Positions 1-12,322 of a DNA stretch of 64,000 nucleotides are shown in pieces. The position numbers and the translations under genes are program-made. Position 1 is the stretch's first letter, and the number at the start of each line of letters is the position of its first letter. A model generated the notes under the pieces. That model was given only the letters and a program-made list of their open reading frames with translations. It was not told the DNA's origin and did no database searches. Origin of the DNA: Dendrobates tinctorius (Eukaryota); NCBI RefSeq assembly GCF_039654945.1, contig NW_027361739.1, forward strand, positions 2,232,001 to 2,296,000, written 5' to 3'.

Positions 1-489
1 GCAGAGCAACCAATCCTCTCCACTATGTACAACAGGTGAGGATCTCGAATGTTGGACACGGCATTATTATCCAGAATTCTCAAATAGATTATATAAACTT
101 AACTAAAAATGTACTTTTATTCCAACGTTTGGCACACGCTAATGAGGCAGGACTAGACCGGTTGAGTGTCTCCTCCACCACACTAGTCCGGCCTCCTTAC
201 AGTCCCAGTTATGGTAGGACTGCCAACATGTCACGCGCATACGTGAGATTTCCAGCAGTCCTAACAAGATGTGGGTTATATACACCTGTCCAATGTAACT
301 AGACAATCTGATGAGAAAATGATGTAGGACTAGTCTGGGGAAAGAGATGCTCCACTGGACTAGTCCTCGTTTATTAGCCTGTGCTTAGCAGGGAAATAAA
401 AGTTTATAAATGGAATCTATCAACACTTTTGAGCTATGAAACCTATTAATATGGGTATACAAGTTATAAAATGCTGAAAAAAGTCCTAC

Positions 490-685
490 GGCCCGGGTCA
501 CACTTGCGAGTGCAATGCAAGAAACTTGCGCATCAATACCTGGCACTGCTGCCAGCACTCAGGACCGGAGTGTGCGGCTGCATGTCTTTCTATGCAGCTG
601 AACTCTCCAGTCCGAAACGCCGGTGGCAGTGCCAGGTATTGATGCGCAAGTTTCTTGCAGTGCACTCGCAAGTGTGACCCCGGCC
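490..685. mobile_element. PIF/Harbinger-type MITE (fold-back)
   Basis: TIRs ggcccgggtcacacttgcgagtgc... / ...gcactcgcaagtgtgaccccggcc; 3-bp TSD TAC at 487-489 and 686-688. Confidence 0.85.
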
Positions 686-1182
686 TACCTGTGTGCCTCA
701 TATCAGATGCCTTGATGTTGAGAAATCCGCTTTTATCATTCCAGGCTATGGGGAGGAGGTTGCCAGTAACATTCCTCTGCCTTCCTACCTCATTATCATG
801 TGAATCATCTCCCACAGCGTTACTGTGTGCATGTGACCTCAGGTTTTCGTCCTGTAATCTCGCGCCTGCACAGTTCCAGTGCCGTCATTCCTCTTCAGTG
901 TACTGCCCTTCTCTAGGCATTGGTTTAACGTTCCTACTGAGCAGACACTGTCGAATCCATGGTACTTCCACTCTCAGCGTTCTCCAGAGGGCAGAAACGA
1001 GGGGGGCGGAAGTACCAGTGACTCGCCTGCACAGTAGGAACGTGAAGCCAATGCACAGTAGGAACGTGAAGCCAATGCTCAGCGAAGGGCGGAACACTGA
1101 ACACTGAAGAATGACGACGGCACTGGGACTGTGCAGGTGCGAGATTACAGGACAAAAACCCAACGTCACAAGCACACAGTAA

Positions 1183-2100
1183 AGGGGGTTTCACACTAAG
1201 CGAGATCGCTAGCGATATCGCTCAAGCGTCACCGATATTGTGACGCAACAGCGATATTGCTAGCGATCGCACTAAGTGTGAAATGTAGCGGCGACAAACA
1301 AGAGTTTGAATCGCAGAAGCTTGGTCGCTGACCTATAAAAGTATCACGTTCAAAAATTAAAAGAATGGGGGCGGGCGCGGTCTCTAAAGTAAAATGGCTG
1401 CCCAGACATGTGCATATGGACACAATGGACATACAAAAGTTTATGCTTTCAAAAAGAAAGCAATGGTGGTGAGCCCGGAAAGCAAAAAAGGAAAACAAAT
1501 AAAATTGCGTACACAAAAATTATAACTTTTGACCCAAAACAAACCTACCTTTGACGGTGTGAAAAATCTGAAAGTTATGGAGGAGGAAAAAAAAAAAAAA
1601 AAACGTAACTAGCACTGTTGATTCTTCAGATGGTCTCAAAAATGGAGGTGTTGGAAAATAACGCTGATGAGTCTTCAAGAGGGTTGCTGAAGGACGAACA
1701 GCAAAATCAAACCAAAAAATGCACTTGTCTCTCTAAGGAGAAAAATGCTGGTTTTGAAGCTAACCACAGCGCTCCAGAGATTTAAACTGAAACACTACTA
1801 CGTCCTCTTTAATGACGCCGCCGGCCAATGAGAGCGCAACAGTGACCACCAATCGGTGCTTGGGGGGCGTTGTAAATGAAACGCTGAAGCACGCCCACCG
1901 AGGTCTGAATCGCTTTCTGTTAAGTAATGTGAAAGGTACTCAACGACCAACGAGGTCGCTATGCAGATCGCTGATCTGTCTAGAGTCGTTGACGAGATTG
2001 GACTGTTTGAAAGCTATCTAGCGATCACGTAACGACGCACCAGCGATCTATGCCTGGTCGGATCGCTATCGCTGGTGCGCCGCTATGTGTAAAAGGCCCT
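1183..2100. mobile_element. Non-autonomous PIF/Harbinger element
   Basis: Ends agggggtttcacac / gtgtaaaaggccct; TAA TSD at 1180-1182 and 2101-2103; ATCGCT/AGCGAT-rich subterminal repeats. The host MITE arm resumes after 2103. Confidence 0.8.
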
Positions 2101-4441
2101 TAACACTGTGAGAGGCGATTCACATAATAATGAAGTACGAAGGCAGAGTTATCTTCTGGGCAACATCTTCCCCAGAGCATGGAAGAGATCATTTACATAA
2201 AGTGATAAAAGGTGAGTTATCCACAACAAGGCATCCGATATGAGGCACACAGGGATAACTTTTCTCAGCAGCCTATAACCTGTGTGCCCATATTAATAGG
2301 TTACAGAGCTCAAAAGTGGTGACAGATTCTCTTTAAAATTAGTAAGTCACATAAAAGTAATTGGGCCTGTGCACATATGTCGCAGATTTGTCACAAAACC
2401 TGAAGGGTTTCCTGAAGTCAGAAAAGTGAATTAGAATCCTGAAGTCCCGTGCACGCGTTGCTTATTTGTGACTTGCATCAAGTCAATTCTTGAAGCATTT
2501 TTACTGCAAATTTCTAATGAGAGGGGAAAAATTTGCACCAAAAACGCATGTAAAAAACAGCAAAAACACGCCTTTTTTATGTAGCCCTTTTCCTGCCAAG
2601 AGATGCAGAATTTTCTGCACCTGAGTTTTGGGTGCTTTCACACATGCAAGTTTGGCCTTGTTCAAAAAACACATGGAACATGTTGGTTTAAAAAAAATGC
2701 ATGCTTTTTTTCTTTCAACTGAGGGGACTATTTAATGAATTGGGCATTTATTATGTTATTTTTATTAGTGTGCCCTACAGCTTTATTTTCTGTTTTTGAT
2801 GCAGATTTTAATGCCAAAGCAAGGAACGGATAGAAAAGCGTAATATAGGAATCCATCTGTGACTATTCTCTTATTTTAATCCACTCCTAGTTTTGGCTTC
2901 CCAAACTGCAAGTACCCTAGTAATAAAGACATAAAGACTAATGGCATCAATCCATGCAAACGATCCTCTAAACTGTAGCAGGGAAATCCTAGTTTTCTGT
3001 GGTTAGAATTTATTTTAAAGTGGGGAAAAACGGATTAGAGAAAAAAAAAGTCTATTGATATGTGTGATTGCTCTTCCAATGTAAGCCTCCGGGTCTACAG
3101 AAATGAATATTACACTGCCTAAAGTCAGCCGGCTTGGAATTCCTGGAGAGAATATGGCTGGGATTAGATTTCAGTATTGCGGCATGAAATATCTCGGGGA
3201 AGGGTAACCCAATTAGTGCGAGTTCCTGGATGATGGATGAGGACAGAGGAGTAAAGTCTCGGATTGCACTGAATGATCACAGTCACTGTGTCTATTAACC
3301 TTGGTAATACATTGGGGCATCCCCGGCCATGACTAGGGATTTACAGGAACTGTTCTTAAAGGGAAAGCTCACTGTATTAAATTTTGTTTCATTCTGGTTT
3401 ATTGAAAATGCACTGAAAAATAGAGGCAGACGTGGATATATCTATTCAACTGTCGCTGCAATTTCTATGCTTACATAAATCAAAAGCATAAAACATAAGA
3501 AACTGTAATATTTGGAGAAAAATGCCTCTTTCCCCACTTATGAGGCACTTCTTCTCCTCACTCTGAAATATTTCTTGAGACAGAAGATGTAAATAACATT
3601 GGGAAATTCTATGTACTATTACTATTTATTTCCTTGCTGTAAAATGTGCTCATTTTGTTTTTTTTCTTAGATTTTGTCTGTAAAATGTTTTACACTTTGC
3701 ACACATATCAGCTTATAGTCCGGCTCTTTTATTTGGTTTTGCTGTAATTTCTTGTACTTTGTACAAACAGGAGCGTCCCTATGGGTACAACTTGTCGTGG
3801 TCGGATGGCTTTTACGCTTTCTTGATCAAAATAGTGTTAACTAAGTACCCCATGTTATTTACATGTACGATCACTATTTACTTGCTGTAGGGTATATGCT
3901 AATTTGTTCTTGGGTTTTGTCTGTAAAATGGCCACAGTGTGAACATCATCTTACACTCTGCACATAGACCAGCTTATAGTCCGGCTCATTTATTTGGCTT
4001 TGCAAGACTTTGTTTCTAGTCTGAAACCGTGGAGAAAATTTGCTTCATTTTTGTTTTATTGTAAATGAGCTGGAGCAACAAAAATAATTGTAAAAGTGAA
4101 TATAACTTTGTCACTACAATGTCAACCCTTACATAAATCAATGGTGTAATATAAAGAAAATGTGTAATATGCAGTGGCATGTAAATTTTGGGCACCCTAT
4201 CAAAATGATTGTTTTTGTGAATAGTTAAGCAAGCTGAAGATGTAATGTCCTTTAAAAGGTCTAAAGTTAAAAATGACACATTTCCTTTTGATTTTAGGCA
4301 TAAAAAATAATAATAATTTGATATTTTGTGTGTGTTTTCCATCTTAAAAAATACAAAAAGGACAATGAGGTGATGCTAAAATTTGGACACCCTTGGAGAT
4401 TTGTGTGCTCAGATAACTTTGACCATAGTTTCATTCCTTAA

Positions 4442-6927
4442 CCCCTTTACTCCCAAGGGTGGTTTGCATGTCAATGCCCGGGCCAATTTTTACAATTCTG
4501 ACCACTGTCCCTTTATGAGGTCATAACTCTGGAACGCTTCCATGGATCCCGGTGATTCTGATATTGTTTTCTCGTGACATATTGTACTTCATATTAGTGG
4601 TAAAATTTCATTCATATAACTTGCGTTTGTGAAAAAAACGGAAATTTGGCGAAAATTTAGAAAATTTCACAATTTTCCAGCTTTGAATTTTTATGCTCTT
4701 AAATCACAGAGATATGGCACACAAAAAAAAATTAATAAGTAAAATTCCCCACATGTTTACTTTACATCAGCACAATTTGGGAATCAAAATTTTTTTGTTA
4801 GGAAGTTATAAGGGTTAAAAGTTACCAGCGATTTCTCATTTTTACAACACCATTTTATTTTCACGGACGACATCACATTTGAAGTCACTTTGAGGGGTCT
4901 ATATGATAGAAAATACCCAAAAGTGACACCATTCTAAAAACTGCACCCCTCAAGGTGCTCAAAACCACATTCAAGAAGTTTATTAACCCTTCAGGTGCTT
5001 CACAGGAATTTTTTGAATGTTTAAAAAAAAAAATGAACATTTAACTTTTTTTCACAAAAAAAATTACTTCAGGTTCATTTTTTTTATTTTACCAAAGGTT
5101 ACAGGAGAAATTGGACTGGAAAAGTTATTGTGCAATTTGTCCTGAGTAGGCTGATACCTGATATGTGGGGGGGAACCACTGTTTGGGCGCATGGCAGAGT
5201 TTGGAAGAGAAGGAGCGCTGTTTGACTTTTTCACTGCAAAATTGGCTGGAATTCAGATCGGATGCCATGTCAAGTTTGGAGAGCTCCTAATGTGCCTAAA
5301 CAGTGGAAACCCCCACACAAGTGACCCCATTTTGGAAACTAGACCCCCCAAGGAACTTATCTAGATATGTGGTGAGAACTTTGAACCCACAAGGGCTTCA
5401 CAGAAGTTTATAAAGTACAGCCGTACAATTAAAAAATCATATTTTTTCCACAAAAATGATCTTTTCGCCCCCAATTTTTATTTTCCCAAGGGTAACAGGA
5501 CCCCAAAAGTTATTGTGCAGTTTGTCCTGAGTACGCTGATACCCCATATGTGGAGGTCAACCACTATTTGGGCGCATGGCAGAGTTCGGAAGGGAAGCAG
5601 CACCATTAGACTTTTTTGGCTGGAATTGAGATCGGACGCCATGTCGCGTTTGGAGAGCCCCTGATGTGCCAAAACAGTGGAAACCCCCAATTCTAACTCC
5701 AACTCTAACCCCAACACACCCCTAACCCTAGCCCTAACCCTAATGGGAAAATGGAAATAAGCACTTTTTTTTATTTTATTATTTTTCCCTAACTAAGGGG
5801 GTGATAACGGGGAGTTTGATTTACTATTTATGGCGGCTTTTTTTATGTTTGGCAGCTGTCGCACGCTAAAAGACGCTTTTTATTGTAAAAATAGTTTTTG
5901 CATCACCACATTTTGAGAGCTATAATTTTTCCATATTTTGACCCACCGATTCATGTGAGGTCTTTTTTTTGCGGGACGAGTTGACATTTTTATTGGTACC
6001 ATTTTCGGGCACGTGACACTTTTTGATCGCTTTTTATTCCGATTTTTGGGACGCAGAATGAACAAAAACCAACATTTCATGAATTTCTTTTGGGGGGTGC
6101 ATTTACAGAGTTTTGTGTGCGGTAAAATTGATAAAGCTGTTTTATTCTTCTGGTCAGAACGGTTACAGCGATACCTCATTTGTCTCGTTTTTTTATGTTT
6201 TGGCGCTTTTATGCAATGAAAACAATTTTATATAAAAAATAATTATTTTTGCATCGCTTTATTCTGCGAGCTATAATTTTTTTATTTTTTCGATGATGAC
6301 GCTGTGTGGTGGCTGTTTTTTTGCGGGATAAGATGACATTTTCAGCGGTACCATGGTTATTCATATCCGTCTTTTTGATCGCACGTTATTGCACCTTTTG
6401 TTCGGCGATATGATGATAAAGCATTATTTTTTGCTTCGCTTTTTATTTTTTAAGGGGTTCAATAAAGGGGTTAACTAGTGGGACAGTTTTATAGGGCGGG
6501 TCGTTACGGACGCGGCGATACCGAATACGTGTACTTTTATTGTTTTTTTTATTTCCAAAAATTGAATTTATTAGGGAAAATTTATTTAATTTTATTTAGC
6601 GATTTTTTATAAATTATTTTTACACTTTTTTTTTTTTTTACTTTATTACATTGTCCCAGGGGGGACATAACCGTGATGTGACAGATCGCTGATCTGTCAC
6701 ATCACAGATCGCTGTGACAGATCAGCGATCTGACACAGGCGCTACACAGGCTTCCTCATGCCTGCACTCTGCTGTGATAATCAGCTGATACCCGGCCGCT
6801 ATCAGCGGCGCTCCCCCCCCCCCCCCCCCCCCGAGCGCCGCTGATTGCGCTAGACTTACTATTCCGTCCTTGGGACTTAGGTCCCAGGTCACATGGATGG
6901 AATAGTACGTCTAATGTAGGAAAGGGG
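4442..6927. mobile_element. Non-autonomous piggyBac-type element (~2.5 kb)
   Basis: TTAA TSD at 4438-4441 and 6928-6931; ends cccctttac / aggaaagggg; no transposase ORF; internal direct duplication (~5095-5310 vs ~5485-5690). Confidence 0.8.
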
Positions 6928-7049
6928 TTAATGAGCCTGGTAGGGATATGGCTTGTTCACCATCATCGTTAGGAAAGGCCAGGTAATGCAAATTTCTCAG
7001 CTTTTTAAAAGCCCAGCCTCCTCTCATCTTGTGCAAAACAGCTGCAGCC

Positions 7050-8042
7050 GTGGGTTCTTCTAAGCAGCTGCCTAGCTATGAAAATGGTAGAGGCTCACAA
7101 AGCAGGAGAAGGCTATAAGAAGATGGCAAAGCATTTTCAAGTTGCCGTTTCCTCAGTTCGAAATGTAATTAAGAAATAGCAGTTAAGATGAACAGTGAAG
7201 GTCAAGATAAGGTCTGGAAGACCAAGCAAATTTTCAGTGAGAGATGCTCGTAGGGTTGCTAGAGGCAAATCAGAACCCCCACTTAACTGCAAAAGACTTT
7301 CAGAAAGATGTAACAGACTCTGGAGTTGTAGTACATGGTTCTACTGTTCTGAGACACCTGGACAAATATGGCCCTCATGGAAGAGTCATCAAAAAAACCT
7401 CTCCTGCGTCCTCACTAAAAAATTCTGCGCCAAAAGTATGCAAATGAACATCTAAACAAACCTGATGCATTTTGGAAACAAGTCCTGTGTACTGATGAGG
7501 TTAAAACAGAATTCTATGGGCACAATGATCAAAGGTATGTGTGGAGTAAAAGGGCACAGAAATTCAGAAAAAGAACATCTTAACAATCATTAAGCATGGG
7601 GATCGATCAATCATGCTTTCGGGTTGTGTTGCAGCCAATGGCACGGGGAACATTTCACGGTTAGATGGAAGAATGGATTGAATGAAATTTCAACAAATTC
7701 TTGATGCAAACATAAAACCATTTGTTGAAGTTGAAAAGAGGATATCTTCTACAAATAGATAATGATCCTAAACACACGTCAAAATCCACAATAGACTACC
7801 TCAAAAGGCGCAAGCTGAAGGTTTTACAATGGCCCTCACAAGCCCTGATCTGAACATCATTGAAAATCTATGGCTAGACCTCAAAATAGCACTGCATGCA
7901 AGACGACCCAGGAATCTCACAGAACTTTTCCAAGGTTGAATGGATGAAAATCCCTCAAACAAGAATTGAAAGGCTCTTGGCTGGCTACAAAAAGGGTTAA
8001 CAAGCTGTGATACTTTCAAAAGGAGGTGCTACTAGGTACTAA
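7050..8042 (+). pseudogene. Tc1 transposase pseudogene
   Basis: Fragments read KMVEAHKAGEGYKKMAKHFQV, RSGRPSK, FWKQVLCTDEVK, KHGG, DNDPKHT, PDLNIIENLW and KGGATRY*, with several stops and frameshifts. Confidence 0.9.
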
Positions 8043-8107
8043 CCATGCGGGGTGCACAAACTTTTGCACTGGCCCACTTTCCTTTTTGCAGTTTTTAAAA
8101 TGTAAAA

Positions 8108-8108
<1 letters not shown>

Positions 8109-8156
<48 letters not shown>

Positions 8157-8168
8157 TACACACACACA
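8109..8168. repeat. (TA)n/(CA)n microsatellite
   Basis: Direct reading; lies inside the right TIR of the Tc1. Confidence 0.95.
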
Positions 8169-8925
8169 GTATATGTGTCATCTTTAACTTTAGGCCTTTT
8201 AGGGATCACTTCATCTTGAACTTGCTTAACTATTCACAATAACAGTAATTTTGACCCAGGGGTGTCCAAACCTTAAATTTCACTGTATATTAGAGAAAAA
8301 TGTTTCTTTCCCCACTCATAAGCCACTTCTCCTCACTCTGAAATATGTTGAGAAAGACAGACTTTTCAGCTTACTAAGGAATCCAGGTTACATGCTGCCC
8401 ATAGAAATCTATGGAGATGCGAGGAGACGGAGAATGTGCAAATGGAGACTGTGCTCTTGCTTTCTAGTACATGGGATTATTTTCCCAGTGCTGAATTCAC
8501 AGCTACACTGCTCAGTACAGCTATGGTATGTCCTCTATGCTGCAGCTACATCTGAGGATCTGCTACAGTGAAACAAGGGAGCAGGATCTCTTATTTTTTT
8601 TTTGTGAAGAGTCATACAAATAGTTATAGCAGTCTGCACCCACTCTCGAGCTGAGCTTAGGAAAAAATGAAAATTAGAAATGAAGCATGCAGAAGGGGAA
8701 AACTGGTAAAAAATGTATTATGCAAGTCTTATAGTGAAAAGTAGACATAGTGCAAAAGACAAGGGGGAGCATAGAGGAATAGGTTAGAATACTTGATAAA
8801 TTTATAAAAAAATTTCAATTTTTTTTTTTTTATGTGACTTGGATAATTCTGTTCATAGCAAAGGGTGGAACTGGGAGTGTTAGATCATCTTGTAGAGCCA
8901 AAAAATGTATTCTGTCCCAACTTAC

Positions 8926-8997
8926 CTTGTGAAGCCCGTCCGTGGCGCGAGTCTACACTGTGCTGCCTCCTCTCTTGTGGCTCCTCATTCCCCCCAT
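8926..8997 (-). CDS. Putative 72-nt symmetric (phase 1-1) internal exon of an unidentified host gene, peptide (D)GGNEEPQERRQHSVDSRHGRASQ
   Basis: On the minus strand: acceptor tttcttcttttctag, donor AAG|gtaagt, GC-rich 72-nt body. Only one of three frames is stop-free, and the sequence is not repeat-derived. Confidence 0.65.
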
Positions 8998-9771
8998 CTA
9001 GAAAAGAAGAAATAGGTGAGCGAATGCGATAGAAATCTTCTTGATACGTAATACCCTGAAATACACTAACTGGAAAATGTGAAACCAACGTCTGTCTAGT
9101 ATTACACAATATAAACTGGTTCTGGATGAACAATCTGAGAAACATGTTCAGGCACCTCTGATGATCTATTAGCTAGCACCATCGAAGATTCAGGTCAAGA
9201 ACAACTTCAGCAAACAAGAAGCGAATGATGGGACTCCCTAACCTGTACATCAAAGAGACGGCGTGCTTCCTGGCTTGATTGGAACAATATACAACCTCAT
9301 CTTTTAGATCAAGACCAAGGGCACCGAGCAAGAGATCAGCCTATGAAGATCACTGACCAGGTATGAAACATTAGCCCTGTTGTCCACACTTAGGAGTCAT
9401 TCGTCCTGCAAGGTCATCACAAAGTTGTTTGAGCCATAAAGTAATCCGCTCCACAACCTGTGTGCACAAAACTTTAATACCAAACAAAAAGCTAATAATT
9501 AACTTGGACTGGGCACTTATTGGAGATCAGACACAGGAATATCTTGAAAAATAAGATATATCCATGAAGCAAATTGGTTAATATCCTGCTCAGTAATAAT
9601 AATAAATAAGTTTCATGCCCCTTTCTTTGCAAAAACAGCAGCAATGAACTTAGGAGTGTGGCTGGCGGAGGGGTGAGGTGATTGATAGCGTGAGATCATG
9701 GCTGTACACAAACTCTGCAGTGCAGTCTGCCTAATCTATTCTGCTGCAGTTTCCTCTGTGTCTACGAAGAC

Positions 9772-10059
9772 TGGAAAGACTACTAGAGGAATGGCGAGAT
9801 TCGCTGACATGCCCTTCAGTGGAAAGACTACTAGAGGAATGGCGAGATTCGCTGACATGCCCTTCAGTGGAAAGACTACTAGAGGAATGGCGAGATTCGC
9901 TGACATGCCCTTCAGTGGAAAAACTACTAGAGGAATGGCGAGATTCGCTGACATGCCCTTCAGTGGAAAGACTACTAGAGGAATGGCGAGATTCGCTGAC
10001 ATGCCCTTCAGTGGAAAGACTACTAGAGGAATGGCGAGATTCGCTGACATGCCCTTCAG
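9772..10059. repeat. 48-bp minisatellite, 6 near-identical copies
   Basis: Unit tggaaagactactagaggaatggcgagattcgctgacatgcccttcag starts at 9772, 9820, 9868, 9916, 9964 and 10012; one substitution, in copy 4. Confidence 0.97.
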
Positions 10060-10561
10060 TAATGATAATACCCTATAGTGACTAAATGTGACTGGGATCC
10101 AAGGGTTAACGTTTCTTCTTGGGGAGAATGACATGTCAATCCTGACATGCCAAGGTGTCTACGAAGACTGGAAATGTTACTAGAGGAATGGCGAGATTCG
10201 GTGACATTCCCTTCAGTGATAATATCCTATAGTGACTAAATCTGACTGGGATCCAAGGGGTAACGTTTCTCCTTGCAGAGAGTGACATGTCAAGCCTGAC
10301 ATGCCATGGCGAGGAGACTTTTAAGCTGCAATCTGGGAAATATGCAATTGTCTCTTCAAAGAAGAGGCCTAGAACAATGGGTGCCACAGATTGGAAGCAC
10401 TTCCTATAGGTGCCACTAGTGTTCTAGTCCTCTTCCTCTTTGAACATAAAATTTGCATAAATTGACTGAGCATTGAACCTGGCAGAATCCAAGTGAATAG
10501 AAGAGGTGTCACATGAAGCTATTGGGCTCCAATGTGAAGTCAAGCAGGGCACAGTTCACCT

Positions 10562-10958
10562 ATGTCTTATGAGGAAAGGTTGCAGGATTTGGGAATGTTT
10601 AGCTTGCAGAAGAGAAGACTGAGAGGAGACTTAATAGCTGTCTACAAATATCTCAAGGGCGGTCACATCGTAGAAGGATCATCTTTATTCTCATTTGCAC
10701 AAGGAAAGACTAGAAGCAATGGGATGAAACTGAATGGGAGGAGACACAGATTAGATATTAGAAAAAACTTTTTGACAGTTAGAGTGATCAATGAGTGGAA
10801 CAGGCTGCCACAGGAGGTGCTGAGTTCTCCTTCAATAGAAGTTTTCAGACAGAGGCTGGACAGACATCTGTCTGGGATGATTTAGCGAACCCTGCTGTGA
10901 GCAGGGGGTTGGACCAAATGGCCCAGGAGGTCCCTTCCAACTCTACGATTCTATGATT
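10562..10958 (+). mobile_element. CR1 LINE, 5'-truncated 3' end
   Basis: ORF2 C-terminus SYEERLQDLGMFSLQKRRLRGDLIAVYKYLKG...VINEWNRLP; 3' UTR ends ggtcccttccaactctacgattctatgatt (CR1 ATTCTRTG tail). Confidence 0.92.
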
Positions 10959-12322
10959 ACGTGCCATTTATGATACCAGTGGCCCATGGGGTAACCTTAC
11001 GCACCAGGAGCCCAGGGGGTGACTACCTCTCCTGTAATACTTATGTTTAGTTTTGCCACAGGAATCACTTACGTTTCACACTTTCACCAAGTCTCACATG
11101 CCACGAGATAAAAGATGAAGTAATTAAAAGCCCCCATACCATATCAGCTGACAATCTAATGCACATGGGGGCTTCCCGATTCTCAGACTTTCTGACCCTT
11201 ATCTCCCCCAATATCATGGGGAGATATAGGTAAGGCGAGTTAAATTTCTCTGTTGTTGCATTACCATGAACCCGCAAACATTCCTGTTTATGGGGGGAGT
11301 CAGTGACGTAGTTGATGGCCAAATGAGCGTATGGCCAGCTTAAACAGTAGTGCTGCCAGTGGGTGCAACGGAGATCCAAACCTCACTGTAACAACACAGT
11401 TTCTTGGGTCTCCTTTTTTTGGGGACAAGTACAAATCAGCTGGGAATTACTATCCCTGATCTGGATAAGGCTGCTCATTACCAGATATGTTGTTTAATGA
11501 CAAAAAACTGGTTAACACAAGAAAAGCTGGCCCAGGCTGATCGGAATACATTTAAAAGAGGAAAACATACGCTAACTTTCCACTGTGACTTCTACGAAAT
11601 ATGTGAAAACGAGTGTGCCCTGTTACTTAAAGGGAAATGGTCAGCATGTTTCTTAGAGCTGAAACTAGTAATGTCTGTATAGGTGCTTGTCCCCAAATAA
11701 AAATGGGAATACCTTTCTTTTTGTAGAGATGAAAATCTAGCTTAGATGTCATATGCAAATCAGGATGGAAATGCACTTGGGGGGGAAAAAAAGCTCAAGT
11801 GCACAGACACGCCCACAGTGCACTTTCATCCTGATTTGCATGTGGCTTTTACACATTTTTCATGACTGACATCTCAGAACATCATTTTTGTTGGGGAAGA
11901 TAGATAACCATATGTCAAAATGTGATGAGTTTCCTAGAAAGTGTCTCTTGTCCATGAGCTGTGTTGGGTACTGCTCCAAAGGGTTTGCGCCATTAGTTTA
12001 ACCTGGCAGTACCGGCTGACCAGCTCATGCTTATAGGGGCCTTTTTTCCTATCCCAATGAAAGATGTATGTCCCTGTACTGTGTCATGTTATCATCAGTT
12101 ATCATCGTGACACCTCCTACTCTCACGGGTGATGTGCTGCCAATTACCATCCCTAAACAATCAGACCACCCAATAAACAAGAGGGGTTTTTTTTTCCAGT
12201 TCGTCGGGTGATCACCAGTATGTTTACACCGGCATATAATCGGAAACAAGTGTTCACATGAGCGATCCTATGCTGATTACTGGTGTAATTGCACGATTAC
12301 CCCCCTCTACCTACTGAGAATA

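Larger units (their letters stand above)
407..2336. mobile_element. Kolobok/T2-type palindromic MITE hosting two nested Harbinger-type insertions
   Basis: The left end (aatggaatctatcaacacttttgagctatgaaacctattaatatggg, ~409-455) is the reverse complement of the right end (cccatattaataggttacagagctcaaaagtggtgacagattctctttaa, ~2287-2336). Internal arms 770-900 pair with 1100-1182 plus 2101-2150. TTAA at the right end. Confidence 0.7.
4172..8285 (+). mobile_element. Decayed Tc1 DNA transposon interrupted by a piggyBac-type insertion
   Basis: Ends cagtggcatgtaaattttgggcaccc / gggtgtccaaaccttaaatttcactg followed by TA; degenerate long TIRs (4172-4400 vs 8050-8285); transposase remnants at 7050-8042. 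Confidence 0.85.

Noticed and set aside
9772-10059. CRISPR-like regular repeats, or a repeat protein (ORFs 9698-10078, 9736-10134, 9819-10085)
   Set aside because: The units are head-to-tail with no spacers, there are no cas genes and the context is eukaryotic. The ORFs exist only because 48 is a multiple of 3.
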